This document shows, in pieces, positions 10,701 through 24,061 of a stretch of 64,000 bases of DNA. The stretch is from Eledone cirrhosa (taxonomy: Eukaryota). A program made the translations under genes and the position numbers. Where the stretch lies: NCBI GenBank assembly GCA_964016885.1, contig OZ024742.1, positions 206,212,001-206,276,000 on the forward strand, in the 5' to 3' direction. A model generated the notes under the pieces. It searched no databases. It was not told the DNA's origin and saw only the letters and a program-made list of their open reading frames with translations. Each line of letters begins with the position of its first letter. Position 1 is the stretch's first letter.

Positions 10701-11989
10701 AATCATTGACAATAGTAATACTGAGTGACAGGCAATCAATCTAATGGAGCAGAATACTTTGTAACAGTAAGAATGAAACCTTATAGTTCAGAGGAATAGG
10801 GGTACTTTACCAATAAGTTGAAACTAGTGCAACTTTATGGTAAAATCTTCAAACTAACATTTACATGGCTCTTGTTTAGCCCAAGATGAAGCAGGCTGAT
10901 GATCAAAAAGTGTTCCAGCAAGCATCATATTGCCTTTTAAAGGATTTCTAGAAATATATTGTCTAATATCGCCTTGCTATTTGGAAGTTGATAGGATGTG
11001 ATTTGAAGGCTACTATTTCTAGTAGATTGAGCCACTATATAGAAGCTAATTTGATAATGTAATCTAAATTCTGATATTTCAACCAACTCCTCTTATTTAT
11101 TTCCTGTTATCAGTGTGATTTCCTTGGAACTACTATCATCAAGTTTATACAATGCTTATTTTCTAACCTCTTGTTGAGGTTCAAATGTGATCTCATAGAT
11201 TATCCACCATTAGTACTCATTTAAATTAGCTCGAACTTTAACCAATATTTTCTATCACTTCATCCCCTCAAGTCCAGCTCTCTAAATACATTTACGTACA
11301 AGATAAAGGATTCACTATCTTTAGTAATCCTTCCTAAAGGTATACTATTCTTCAGATTGGAAGGAAATATCACATGAACTCATTAAAACAATTTTGTTGT
11401 TAAAGGATTAAATTCTAGATAAGTCATAGGTAGTAAAAATATAAAAAAATTGAGTAGATGGGGTTTTAGTAAGAAATAGTTAGTAGCTCTATAGAAGTAG
11501 CTTGATATATTCCTTTCGAGACATTTATCCTTTAATAGTTCCTACTGGAAACCAAGTTGTATATCTGGCTTCTAGATAATATGAGAATTTATAGAAAATG
11601 AATCTAAAATAGTACATTGAAAAAAGTAATAAAATCATTGATGAATATGGATGGTTTCCCACAGCAGAATGTTATGAATGAAAATTAAGAAATTCTTTTC
11701 CTACATATCAGTTGTTTATAAATTGTTGGTTACAATTTTAATATTCTGCTCCTATGCTGAGAAAAATTTCATTTAAAAATAAAACTTCAAAAATCTAAAT
11801 ATTTTAGAATAATTTTGTTTTTCACATCAATCATAATTTCATATTTTTTCAAGTTACTGACAAGACTTGCGTAATATAGATATTGATTTCTTTTGTTTTG
11901 CTTTCTTATAATCTAAATATTGCATATAATTTCTAAACAGAGGTTATATATATATATATATTACTTCAAAATATTAATAAATATAGACA

Positions 11990-13005
11990 TTCATGTGATC
12001 AAATATATTTTATTATACATATTTCAGAGGTACTGAGCTATTTCAAAAGTACATCCTCATCAGATAAAATAAGTTGATGCCTGACATACCTTGACTATGT
12101 TGATGGTTATAATTTAGTCATGGCAGTGATTAGTTATGACAAAACTCAATATTTATATACCTTAAGTTGAAACATGAAAAATTACATATACTACAGAAGG
12201 TGCATATGAGAATGTGTATAAAGATATATAAATAACTAATAATATATAATACATAAACTTATATAACTGTTAAAAATTTAAATAATAATAATATATGCAT
12301 ACCTCATTATTGTAGATAGAGGAAGTGAGAGACCGAGAAAGCAAATCATTAGGAAAGAGAGAAAAAGAAAGAGATTTGATCGTAGGAACAGAAGAAGGGA
12401 GAAATGATCAAATGATAGATAGAAGAAAATAAGTTTAATAGTATAAACAAAGGGAGGAAGATATGCAATTTAACCTATAAATAGCGTATAATTAGATGGG
12501 GGGGGGGGGAAGAATATCTAGGCACATCATGCGTGACCATTTATTTTCAAATCTTAAGTTAATTAGAAATAGTCAATTAATCAAATGACATAAGATTTTA
12601 GACTATAACATTTGAAAGGATTTATATTATTGTATTATATCAGAGTTAAAGCAAATGTAACATGAAAGAGATAAATTTATGTTTATCATAGCTCCAAAGG
12701 TAATCACAAGTATATTTGAAAGTATATTAAAATTAAGAATATAATCAATATATTAGTCAGAAAGCATAAAAATTAAAATATTATTAATAAGCCATAAAGC
12801 ATTATAAATGTATTTAATAAGATATTATTAAACCAGATTTATCTAGATATACACATTTGTATAATTTATATATAGACTATAAAATTTAAGGTTTAAGACG
12901 ATATTAGTCACTTCTATATAATATAATTACTGTTAAAAATGTTATAAATTTGATTCAACTAGATTTTACTGTATTTAAAATTTTACATCAAGTTAAGTAC
13001 AAATT
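11990..13005 (-). mobile_element. Decayed Penelope-like element 3' region (same family as 6050-7670)
   Basis: Reverse-complement homology to ~6700-7660 and the same terminal HHR. Confidence 0.55.
12006..12071 (-). ncRNA. Type I hammerhead ribozyme at a PLE end
   Basis: Minus strand: tattttat-CTGATGA-ggat-gtact...agtac-ctct-GAAA-tatgta-TA-ataaaata. Confidence 0.75.
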
Positions 13006-13019
13006 ATATATATATATAT

Positions 13020-13190
13020 GCAAAGTGGTCGTGGAGGTGCCACGGCAAAAAAGCACCCAGCACTCACTGTAAATGAGGTTGATGTTAGGAAGGGCATCCA
13101 GCTGTAGAAATCAAGCCAGAATCAGTTCCCGTCCCACCCTTGCAAGCAGGGAAAAGTGGACGTAAAATGAAATGATGATGATGATGATAA
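13020..13190 (+). mobile_element. Short non-autonomous element/SINE 3' part sharing the RTE tail
   Basis: 'aaaaagcacccagcac..tgttaggaagggcatccagctgtagaaa..' ending in (GAT)n; reverse copy at 49530-49750. Confidence 0.7.
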
Positions 13191-13321
13191 ATCAAGAAAG
13201 AAGAGTGACACGGAAACGCCTTGTTGAGTCAAACTTAGCCAAGCGTTGATACTATCCACTACTCGGAGTACCCTAACTGGACTACATCTAAGTGGACTAC
13301 CTATAACAATAATTTGTTATC

Positions 13322-13380
<59 letters not shown>

Positions 13381-13383
<3 letters not shown>

Positions 13384-13921
13384 GGTGTGGACGATATTTG
13401 TTCGCAATTTTCAACTGCTAATTTTATGCAATTTTCTTTTACTTCCGTTGTCACTCCTGTCTTCATAAAAACAGTGACTATATTTCTATAATTTATTTTC
13501 AGAATAATTGATTATGAATAATTTTGAGCCTCCAAATTTGTGGAAGAGACACGGAGTTCTTCTTGGAATCCGCGCCGAGAGGACAAATAAGGAAATTTCA
13601 GACTTTCTCAGTGTCAGCAGGAGAATGGTGGCAAAGGTCAGAAAGGAATTTGAAGATTCAGGATTCGACTACGAAGCAACATCAGAGAGGAAAACACATG
13701 ATCGACGATCCGACGGCTTCAGAATGCCCAAGTTCGTCGCTGAAGTTCAGGATATCATCAACAATGAACCTAGGAAGTCGTTGCATGCCATTGCAAGGGA
13801 GAAAGGCGTGGATGAAAAGCTCATTAGGCTGGTGGTACATGAAGACATTCGCTACGTTTCATACAAGATGAGGAAAGGACAATTTCTGTCAAAGGCGATG
13901 CAAGAAAAGCGACTGAAGCAC
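13381..13921 (+). mobile_element. Tc1/mariner-superfamily transposon 5' part (TIR + N-terminal HTH region of transposase), truncated by RTE sequence
   Basis: Begins CAGGGTG directly after (TA)n. ORF 13508 has paired HTH-like segments (NKEISDFLSVSRRMVAKVRKE; PRKSLHAIAREKGVDEKLIRLVVHEDIRYVSYKMRKGQFLS). No DDE/D domain present. Confidence 0.8.
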
Positions 13922-13923
13922 GC

Positions 13924-16447
13924 ATTACAGCGTGGACTGTGTGTTTTTTTTGTCGTGACACCTACACAAACTCATTTGTTTCGGCCTGGATGTTGTGGCA
14001 CCAACATAACTTTACATTGAAAGGGGCGGTGTGGATGGGGTGGGGTGGTGGGACGGGGGTGTGTTTTGTTAGAGATGCCTACTGACTGTAGTAGGTTTTA
14101 CTTTGTATTTCAGGTAAGGCGGGTCTTCTCTATTACTGAGTACTGCCAAAGATCTCGGTCCAGTGACATTGTCTTGGAGAGGTGTAAGTGTGTGAGGTCG
14201 GAATTTATCAGGTTGTCCCAGGTTTTTCTGGGTCTGCCTACTCCGTGGCTACCGTCTATCTTTATTGCCCTGCACTATTTTATACAGCTGTCGTCTTTCA
14301 TGCGCATCACGTGACCATACCAACGTAGCCTTCTCTCGACTAAACAACATCTGATCCCTCTTATTTCTAATTTTTCCCTTAGTTCGTTTATGCTTTGCCG
14401 TTCGCGTATATTACTATTACACATCCAGCGGAGCATGCAAGCTTCGTTCCTCTCTAGTCTGCATATATCCTCTGCACACAATGCCCAGGTCTCACTGCCA
14501 TGCAACATTGCTGTTCATATGCAGGCATCATACAGCCTGCCTTTCATTTTTAGGGAGAACCCTTTAACGGCTAATAGTGGTATAAGCTCTCTGAACTTTT
14601 TCCATCCAGTTCTGACTCTAGCTACTGTACTTTCAGAGCACCCTCCCCAACTGCTGATTTTGTCATCCAGGTAACGGAAGCTGTCCACTATTTCTATAGA
14701 ACTCTCTGCGCAATTGAAAGAGCTAGTATTTCGTGGGCACTTGCTGCTACTTATTGCACCAGAGAACCGGCCACATGTAAAATCTATGTTCTTAGTTAGC
14801 TTACCTGTGATCCCACTGCATCTTTTATGCACCCATACTTTGCATTTGGGACATAAAATAGAGTTTCTACCTACGCCTTTCCTACACACTGAGCATGGCC
14901 ATTTCCCGGAAGGGACCGGCACCTTATTTTCTTTCCTACAAACTAGAACTTTAGTCTTAGCCATGTTAATTTTAAGGCCTTTTGATTCTAGGCCGTGCTT
15001 CCATGTTTGGAATTTCTTCTCTAGCTCGGCCATTGATTCAGCTATGAGCGTTAGATCATCTGCGTATAGGAGTTCCCATGGGCAGCCAGTCTTGAACTCC
15101 ACTGTTATAGCCTGTAGGGCAATAATAAATAGTAGGGGGCTAAGAACAGAGCCCTGATGAACACCACCTTTTACGCTAAACTCTTCACTATATTCGTTGT
15201 TAATTCTAATCTTGCTGACTGTTTCTTTATACATGGCTTGTATAGCTCTCACAAGCCATTCATCAACACCTAGTTTTCTAAGAGCCCACTAGATAATGGA
15301 ACGGGGGACTCTGTCGAATGCTTTCTCCAAGTCGACAAATGCTAAGTATAGGTGTTTACTTTTAGCTAGGTACTTCTCCTGTAGTTGTCGTACAATGAAA
15401 AGAGCATCTGTGGTACTTTTGCCTGACACAAACCCGAACTGCATTTCATCTAGATCAATTCTCTCTCTGATTAGTTGCACTATTACTTTTTCCGTGACCT
15501 TCATCACCTGGTCGATTAATTTAATGCCTCTATAGTTACTCCTATCTAGGGCGTCTCCTTTACCCTTGTAACAGTTAATGATGATGCTGCTACGCCAGTG
15601 CTTCGGAACAACCCCATTCTGTATGACTTGGTTTACTATCCGGGTGACCATGGTGTGTCCCACCATTCCAGAGGCTTTCAGCATCTCAGCAACTATTTCC
15701 GAAGGCCCAGCCGCCTTACCCGTCTTCATATCTTTGATAGCCTTACTTATTATACTACCTTCAACTAACACTGCTGGTCCCTCTATTGGATCGATCTGGG
15801 GGAGACTATCCTTCTCCCATTTATTCTCCTCATTTAGTAGCCTTTCGTAGTGACACTTCCAAGCTACCTTCTTATCAGCGTCAGTGATGGCAAGTACGCC
15901 ATCATCATTTAGTACACACTTCTCCCCGACAATATCACGGTTTTCCTTGACATATTGCTTAGCAATCCTGAACACCTCATGTTTTTGGTCCTCACGTTGT
16001 AGAAGATGCTTGAACTTTCTTTCCTCTGCTTCTCTTCTTGCGAAGTACACTTGTCTCCTAGCTTCCCTCCTGGCCACTTGATAGTCTTCTCTACTTCCCC
16101 CATCCCGCCATACTTTCCAAGCCTGCTTTTTGGCCTTAATCGACTCCTCCACCTTACTGTTCCCCCACCATGTTACTCTCCTCCTGCCTATAGGCCTGCT
16201 CCGGCCACAGACTTCGTCTGCCGCCATCAGCAGGTTTGCTTTCAGGAATTCCCACTGTTCCTCTATATTGTACGACTCTAAATGCTCTTCCTTACTGTCG
16301 AAAGCATCAAGCAATATGCTTTGAAATTTATTTCTGGCTGTAGGGTCCTTTAGCTTCCATATTTTTCTCCTGAGGATAGTCCTCTTCTGCTGTCGGGTAC
16401 GTCTCGTCCTGACTATGAGGTCGCTAATTATCAGTCTATGTTGGGAG
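13924..16447 (-). mobile_element. RTE-clade LINE, 5'-truncated, with nonsense codons
   Basis: ORFs 15289-16314, 14515-15252 and 14275-14508 carry RT motifs QFGF, FVDLEKAFDRVP, GVHQGSVLSPLLF and YADD. 5' end abuts (TG)n. Confidence 0.95.
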
Positions 16448-16465
16448 GTGCATTCTTCATGAGGG

Positions 16466-16526
<61 letters not shown>

Positions 16527-18424
16527 AACAATATTAAGGAAACAGAAATATATCAAAACAAAGAAACAACAGGAATAAACACATATAAGACTTTAGATGT
16601 ACTCTAACTTATAAAATTATTGTTATAATGTATGTATTGGTTAAGTAATCTCACATGGAGTTTACTGTATATCATGTTCAAGAAAGCAAATAAGAAATTC
16701 TGCTAACAGATATTGGAATTTACAGTGTATTCATTCATTATTTATGCATACATTCTGTATGGTAAATCTATTTTCTGAAATTTCCAAGGGACCAAAAGAG
16801 TATTAATGAATTCTTTATGGTCTGGTAGATTTATTCAACAGTACTCAGATGAAAGTTCATATTTTACAAGTTGAGATAAGAGTAATTGGTTAGTCAGCAC
16901 TAAACTACATTTATCTTTCTTAAAAGCGTAAATCAAATATAAAAGAATAAAATCAAAATCGAATGTCAAAAGATTGATTAATAAAAGTGTGCTGGAAAGT
17001 TTCTTCAGATACACCTGAATAAAAATGAGAATGATAGTTGACATTGGTTCTGAGGATACATCTTTCCAATGTATAACTGAAATTTTAGATAATTCTTGCA
17101 TTTTACACAAAATATCAGTAACAATTAATTATGTTAACTTATAATCTGTTCAGTGAGCCTATAAGATGACTTTTAGAGAGCAATTTATGATTTGTGATTT
17201 TGGAAAGTATAGCCTTTTCTGTTAAGTTTTCATGTAAAGATAATTTCTATACATACATGAAATATATTTTTGTTACAGCTTGAGTTATGTCATGCATTAT
17301 ATTCTCTGGATAGAGTTGTTTGTACACTGCTTGACAAATGTTTAAAAAGGATTTTACTGGTTTGTACACTATTGTACATTAGTCTACTATTTTACATTAG
17401 TCTACTATTGTATTTTTGCAGTATAGGCTTTATCTCACATAATATCGAATCTACAAGACTTTGATGTTGTTATTATTTATTTTGAGAACAATACCTTAAC
17501 ATTGGTATAAGCAACCAGTTACGGTCAGTTTGAACAGAAAGTGATGAGAGAATTCTGGTTGGATACAGTCGGCTTAAATGATAAAGGGTTAAAGCAAGTG
17601 GCAGATATAATCTGTGCTATAAGGAGTAAAATATGAATTTAAATAATATTGAAATGTAATAAAGTTTGCTCTCATCAAAAAGATATCTAACAATAAAAAG
17701 GCTAATACTTTGATTATCTTAGCCAAAACATAGAGTGCCACTATGCCAATATTCTTAAATTACATTTTTCAGTTAAAGACTTACTTCATTGTTTTGTAAA
17801 TATTAAGTATTTTCTATAGTAAGATGTTGAAACAGTAATGTCTTAAATTTGTTGCATTATCACCACAAAATCATGGTATAAATCTTTAAATCACACAAAT
17901 TTGATAAATAGTTAAGCAACAACTGACTTGTCCTACAAATCAATGAATAAATAAAAGTGCACCTGATTTTTATAATCAATACAATATAAAACTACTAACA
18001 CTATGAAATATTTTAAATGGATAAAGTTTCATTCATAAACAAGTTAGAGAAGGAATTATCAAGTTTCTGAGAGAAACCCAAAAATAGCAGAAAAATAAAG
18101 CATATGTTCACACAAACAAGATTATATTTTTGTTCTCGCTTGTCAATATAAACTACTGGTTTCTCATATCAAGTTAAATAGCAACAACAATTTAGTATAT
18201 TATAGAAAACAATGGCTTAAAATAAAGGAAAATATCAAGACACATATTCCTAATAGTGAGGTAATGAGAATTTGTTAATTAGATTTCCATAAGAACCTCA
18301 TGTTTGCGTCTCTAATTATGCATAATTTCTTGTGCATCTCAAAGAGCTGCACTACATTTATCAAAGCTGGAGGCTTTCGGCTACACTCCCTCATAAATAT
18401 TCACACACACACACACACATATAT

Positions 18425-18498
18425 ATATATGGAGGAGAAGGCAATACATTTAAAAACAAGATCTTGTTTATAAATGTATTGCCTTCTCCTCCATATAT
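18425..18498. repeat. Near-perfect loopless palindrome (~37-bp arms)
   Basis: atatatggaggagaaggcaatacatttaaaaacaaga|tcttgtttataaatgtattgccttctcctccatatat, one mismatch. Confidence 0.9.
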
Positions 18499-18776
18499 TT
18501 TTGTTTATACTTGCTCTACTTACCTTCTAGATTTAACTCTCCTTAAATATCAACCTCACTATAATATTTAACATTACATCTCTAAGCACAGAGCACACTT
18601 TGCTTCACCTATAGCCATCTAATATATTATATCATAGTTCTTTCTCTTCTACTCTTATGATATATGTTTCTTTCTTTGATATATATTTATATATATATAT
18701 ATAACGAAGGAGGTGTGGTAAAGAACCAGAGTACTCAATACATAGGGTAGTAGAGTGGGTAATAGGAAAATGTTAG

Positions 18777-18872
18777 ACCCCGATGGCAGAGCTCAAGCCG
18801 TTTCGATAGCTATTTCTGGACTAAATTAGAATTTTTAGCGTGGTAAATAAATAGCCGAACTTTTCAAGGGGT
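18777..18872 (-). ncRNA. Decayed hammerhead at a PLE end
   Basis: Minus strand: acccc-TTGAAAA-(long stem II with gctattt/aaatagc)-GAAA-cggc..gcca-TC-ggggt. The core differs from CTGAAGA by two transitions. Confidence 0.55.
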
Positions 18873-19056
18873 AATTCCTTATATGGGAATATTGTAGTTA
18901 TCAAGAGGATTGGTCAAAATTTCTTGTTAACACAATTAAGTCTTTCATAGCAGTGGGTGGGAGGTGGGGTGGAAGAACTTGCCTGTAGAACAATGAGGGA
19001 GTGGGTGGAGCCGGTCAAGCATTGAAAGTGACTTCTATACAGCAAATTCTAAGGAT

Positions 19057-20055
19057 TCATCATCATCATCATCACCGTTTTACGTCCGTTCTTCCATGCT
19101 AGCATGGGTTAGACGGGTTGTCCTGTTGTGGGCAGTGTCTGGTCGGCTGACCATGCCTTGCTCATACAGGAACTGATTTTGGCTTGATTTCTACAGCTGG
19201 ATGCCCTTCCTAACACCAACCTCATTTACAGTGAGTGCTGGGTGCTTTTTTCCGTGGCGCCTACACGTCCACTTTACAGTATGGGAGGTCGGGTACTCTG
19301 TATTACTGCGTGACGCCAGAGGTCACGGTCGTGTGTCATCGCCTTTGAGAGGTGTAATTGGGTTAGGTCGGCTTTTATCACCTCATCCCAGGTCTCGTGC
19401 TCTGCACCTTTTTAGGCAGCTGTCATCCTTCATACGCATCACATGTCCATACCAACGCAACCACCTCTCCTGCACACAGCATTTGATTCTTCTTATGCTC
19501 AGTCTCTCTCAATTCATTTATGCTTTGCCGTTCGCGTATATTAGTATTACACATCCATCGGAGCATGCAGGCTTCATTTCTTTCTAATCTACGTAAGTCT
19601 TCCACCTTCGGCGCCCAGTTCTCACTACCATGTAACATTGCTGTTCGGATACACACATCATAGAGTCTGCCTTTCATTTTGAGGGAGAAGCCTTTTGCAG
19701 CTACCAGTGGCAGTAGTTCCCTGAACTTCTTCCATCCCGTTCTTACCCTAGTTATTGTACTTTCTGAACACCCACCTCCGCTGCTAATTCGGTCACCTAG
19801 GTAGCAGAAGCTGTCTACTGTTTCTACAGAGCCCTCCCAGAGATTGGTGGTACTTGTTTCCTGTTTGTTGCTTGCTGTCCCAGCACAGCTGCTGCATGTG
19901 AAGCCTACATTCTTAATTAAGCTTCCCGAGATCCCGCTACATCTCTTGTGTATCCATTGTTTGCATTTGGGGCAGAGAATGGAGTTCCTACCTACACCTT
20001 TCCTACATACTGAGCAAGGCCATTTCCCTGAGGGGATCTGGGTTCTGTTTTTGTT
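19057..20055 (-). mobile_element. RTE-clade LINE 3' fragment nested in the PLE
   Basis: ORF 19423-19677 MKGRLYDVCIRTAMLHGSENW; PHD-like Cys cluster near 19890-20020; (ATC)n tail. Confidence 0.9.
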
Positions 20056-20119
20056 TATGAAAATAGGCTAGATAGGAAGCAGGCGAAAAGGGGTTATGGA
20101 GAAAATAAAGAGAGGACGT

Positions 20120-20420
20120 TATAGAATAGGTTAATAAAATGACATTAGAAGATAATAAATAAATAAAAAAATATATAAAAATATCAAATTGGATAGTAAA
20201 AAGTACTAAAAATCTCTAGAGTCTGAAACAGCTGCTATATTTAGTTGGTATTGTGTTTTCGGCCAATGCTATAGAATAGGTTAATAAATTGAGATTTGAA
20301 AATACTAAATAAATAAAAAATATATAAAATTATAGAATTGGATAGTAAAAAGTAATAAAAAATTTCTACGGTCTAAAACCGCTGCTATAATTAGTTGGTA
20401 TTGCGTTTTCGGCCAATGCT
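20120..20420. repeat. Tandem duplication of a ~150-bp unit in the PLE 3' non-coding region
   Basis: 'tatagaataggttaataaa...ttttcggccaatgc' occurs twice in succession. Confidence 0.85.
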
Positions 20421-22662
20421 ATATATAAATTACTTGGGTGGGGTACTGAGGTTACAGAAGCCCGATGGGCTGCCTCGGGGTAGGCGAAAGAGGAAAAAGT
20501 AAAAGGAAGAGGATAGGGAGTGGAAGGAAGTGATAGGAAGAGATAAAGGGAAGAAGAAAATAAAACGGAAAAGTAAAGAAGTACAACTACCTATAAAAGC
20601 TGGGTTTCCCCCCTCTTGTTCGGCAAGTGGGGAAAGGAGGATGTTGCAGCCATTGTCTACCCACCCGGGTCATGAGGGGGTTTGAGGGTGAGGTAAGTCC
20701 TACGCAATTGGTGTTTGCATGCAGTTACAAGTTCGTCATTTTTGTTTAGGAGTTGGTCCTTCGTAAACAGCATTTGTATTGTTTCCTCCGAGCATAAGTT
20801 ACACGGACGGTGTCCTCCCATGTAGGAGTTAGCCCTGGACAGAAAGCTCCAAGTAAGATTGTGTGTTATGTTGTTATCTTGGAGGTCCCATATGTGGCCT
20901 GAAAGTGTATGGCATGTCGCCGGGCCGGGTTTCGGAACGTATGTCGGTGCTGGTAGAGCTGGGTCTTGAAGTCACAAGTGGTTAATCCTATATGAGCTTT
21001 GTTGGAGGTTTCCGTCCTCACATTGCACTGGTAGATCACGTTATGTTCTTGGCATCTGTTGTTGAGGGGGCATGCAGATCTATCAGGGCAGTTACACCTC
21101 CTGGTTAGCTCTCCACTAATGTCTAGGTTGTTTCTTCCATAGGGGTTGAGTTTCTTGTTGTTTGAGGAGGTGATGTTTTAAGCAAAGTTGGGTGTGGTGC
21201 TGTAGGAGAGTTTGATAGTATTTTTGTTGATTATGTTGTGGTAGCGGTGTTGTGGTGGGAAGTGTTTTTCGAGGAGCCTAAAGAAGATTTTCCCGATAGG
21301 TGTTGCCACCTCGGCATTGTGGGGAGGGTTGAACCACGTTATGGGGCGTGAGCGGCGGCGTTGCCTGCTGGTTCTGCTAAGGGAAGCTGGATAAAAGGAG
21401 ATTTCCTCCGGAGAGCTGCTTCACTTGAGGGCCTTGTAATGAGGCGCATGTTCCTCGAATATCTGCTCATTAGCAGACAAGCGAGATATGCATAGGGAGA
21501 TGTTTTTAATCTGGTTATTGGTGATGTTTCTAGGATGGTTAGAGCGGCGGCGGATGTAGTGTAGGTTGTCGTTTGGTTTCCTGTATGGATAGTACAGATA
21601 ATTTTCGAGGTTGAGGGTAACGTCCAGGAAATTGACTCGGGATAGGGACGTTTGTAGGGTGATTTTAAATCCCCAGTCCTGGAAGAAGTTGATTAGTTGT
21701 TTACGGACCCGGTCAGTACTACTGGGGTTGTACCCTTTGAGGGAAAGGAGCCCATCGTCTCGGTACAATCCACCGCCGAATGCAGGAAACATTTCGGTGA
21801 GTTTATATAGTAGGAATAATCCTATAAGATCGGTCACTTCGGCCGAGTCGGTTGTGCCCATGCTGACGTCGAAGGGGAGTCGGGAGCTCTCTTTATCCAC
21901 TTGGAGTTGTCGAAAAGGAGGACTGTCTTCCTGGCATGGAGAATGATGTGTCTTTCCTGGTTGGTGATGGGTGTGAGTGTTTTGGCAAAGTCCAAAGCGG
22001 CCATTAGGAACGGTAAGGTAATAGAGGCGTAGTAACTCTCTATGTCGAACTAGATGAATTTGGTGTCCTGTTTGTCCTCAATATTCCTGAACCATGAAAT
22101 GACTTCCTGGGTGCTGACCCAAAGGTTAAGTCTCGCGTTTTTCTTAACTTCTGGTATAACGTGGTCTAGGATCTTTTTACTGATTCTCCCTATGTCCGAC
22201 TTCGTCGGATTTATAAGCCTGGTGGGTGGTTTGCGGTTGAAGTCGGATTTGTGGTCTTTCAGGGTTAAGTAAGGAGTCCGTCCAGTGCAGTCGGCGACCC
22301 CGAGGCTGGAAGCAATATGTTGTCCATCTAGATTTATGTCCTCGATTATTGAATGGTTAGCCTTTTTGTAGGTGGAATTCAGGCTGCTCCTGATCAGTGT
22401 GTGGTATCTGTCAGGGTTGACGAAATAGAGGTTTCGAATTTTGTCCGAGTGCACCAGGATGTTGTTGGTGCTTTCATGCCCCGTTATTTTGCTACAGAGT
22501 TGTTGTAGGAATCTATCGTTTCCATGATAGATACTGCAACAACCAGGACTTTGACACCAAGGAGAGATTCGGATTCAATACCTACAAATCTCCCCCACCG
22601 AACCCTATGCTCTCACCCTTCTAGAACGACTTCTTCCACCTGGTCAAGGGTATAAAATTCAA

Positions 22663-24061
22663 GTGATGAATTTAGCGTAATAGTAGGGGTTCACCAGGGT
22701 CAGTTCTTAGCCCTCTCCTGTTTATTATTGTACTACAGGCTATAAAAGAGGGGTTTAAGACTGGCTGCCCATGCAACTTCTATATGCAGATGATCTAACT
22801 CTCATAGCTGAATCCATGGCTGAACTAGAGAAGAAATTCCAAACATGGAAGCATGGCCTTGAGTCAAAAGTCCTTAAAGTTAACTTGTCTAAGACAAAGG
22901 TTCTAGTATGTAGAAAGGAGAATAGGGCACAGATACCCTCTGGGAAATGGCCATGCTCAGTGTGTAAGAAAGGAGTAGGCAGAAACTCCATTATATGTCC
23001 CAAATGCAAACTATGGGTACATAAAAGATGTAGTGGGATCAGAGGTAAGCTATCTAAGAATGTAGATTTTATATGTGGCCAATGCTCAGGTGCAGTAAGT
23101 AGCAAGGACCCACTGGATGATATCTCCTTCAACTGCCCAGATGGTTCTATAGAAATAGTAGATACCTTCCATTAACTGGGTGCCAAAATCTGCAGTGGAG
23201 GAGGGTGCTCTGAAAGTGTAGTAGCTAGAGTTAGAACGGGATGGAAAAAGTTCAGAGACCTAATACCGCTGTTGGCCGCAAGGGTTTTTTCTCTAAAAAT
23301 GAAAGGCAGATTGTATGATGCATGTATACAAACAGCGATATTACACGGTAGTGAGACCTGGGCATTGTGTGCTGAAGACCTGCGTAGATTAGAAAGAAAT
23401 GAAGCTTGCATGCTCCGATGGATGTGTAATAGTAATGTGCGTGAAAGGTGAAGCATAAACAAATTAAGAGAGAGACTGAGCATAAGAGGTATCAAATGTG
23501 TTCTGGAGAGGAGATTGCATTGGTATGGACATGTGATGTGTATGAAGGACGACAGCTGTATAAAAAGGTACAGGGCAATGAAAATTGATGGAAGCTGCGG
23601 AGTGGGTTGACCAAGAAAAACCTTGGACAAGGTAATAAAAACTGACCTTGCTCACCTACACCTCTCTAAGACAATGACACTGGATCGAGACCTTTGACGC
23701 CATGCAGTTGTACTGAAGACCAGACTGCCATTGCATACAAACCTACAGTCAGTAGGCACTTCTTAACTCAATGTACACCCCACCCCATCCTCCCTCTCCC
23801 GTTCCGGCCATTGTGTCGATGACACAACAGTCCACACTGTAAGGTGGCCATGTAGGAGACATGGTTAAAAGGCTTCCAGTCCACACTGTAAATGTGGTTG
23901 GTGTTAGGAAGGGCATCCAGCTGTAAAAAAAACCTGCCAGAGACGCTTCCGTACGAGTGAGATATGGTCTCCCGACCATTCCCGCATCAAATGGAACAAA
24001 ACCGCCTAACCCATGCTAGCGTGGAAGATGGACATTAAACGATGATGATGATGATGATGAT
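22663..24061 (+). mobile_element. RTE-clade LINE, 5'-truncated
   Basis: ORF 22771-23175 LLYADDLTLIAES...GKWPCSVC; 3' UTR and (GAT)n tail. Confidence 0.92.

Larger units (their letters stand above)
18700..22662 (-). mobile_element. Penelope-like element (RT + GIY-YIG) with 5' inversion and HHR-bearing 3' end, interrupted by an RTE insertion
   Basis: RT ORFs 22050-22454 and 21421-21900 (LYRDDG, VNFLDVTLNL, PYRKPN). CNC..CPL..C-NVIY...HIGLT and CNLC..E GIY-YIG motifs at ~20700-21100. 3' 'ctatgtattgagtac' signature at ~18730-18745. Confidence 0.9.
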
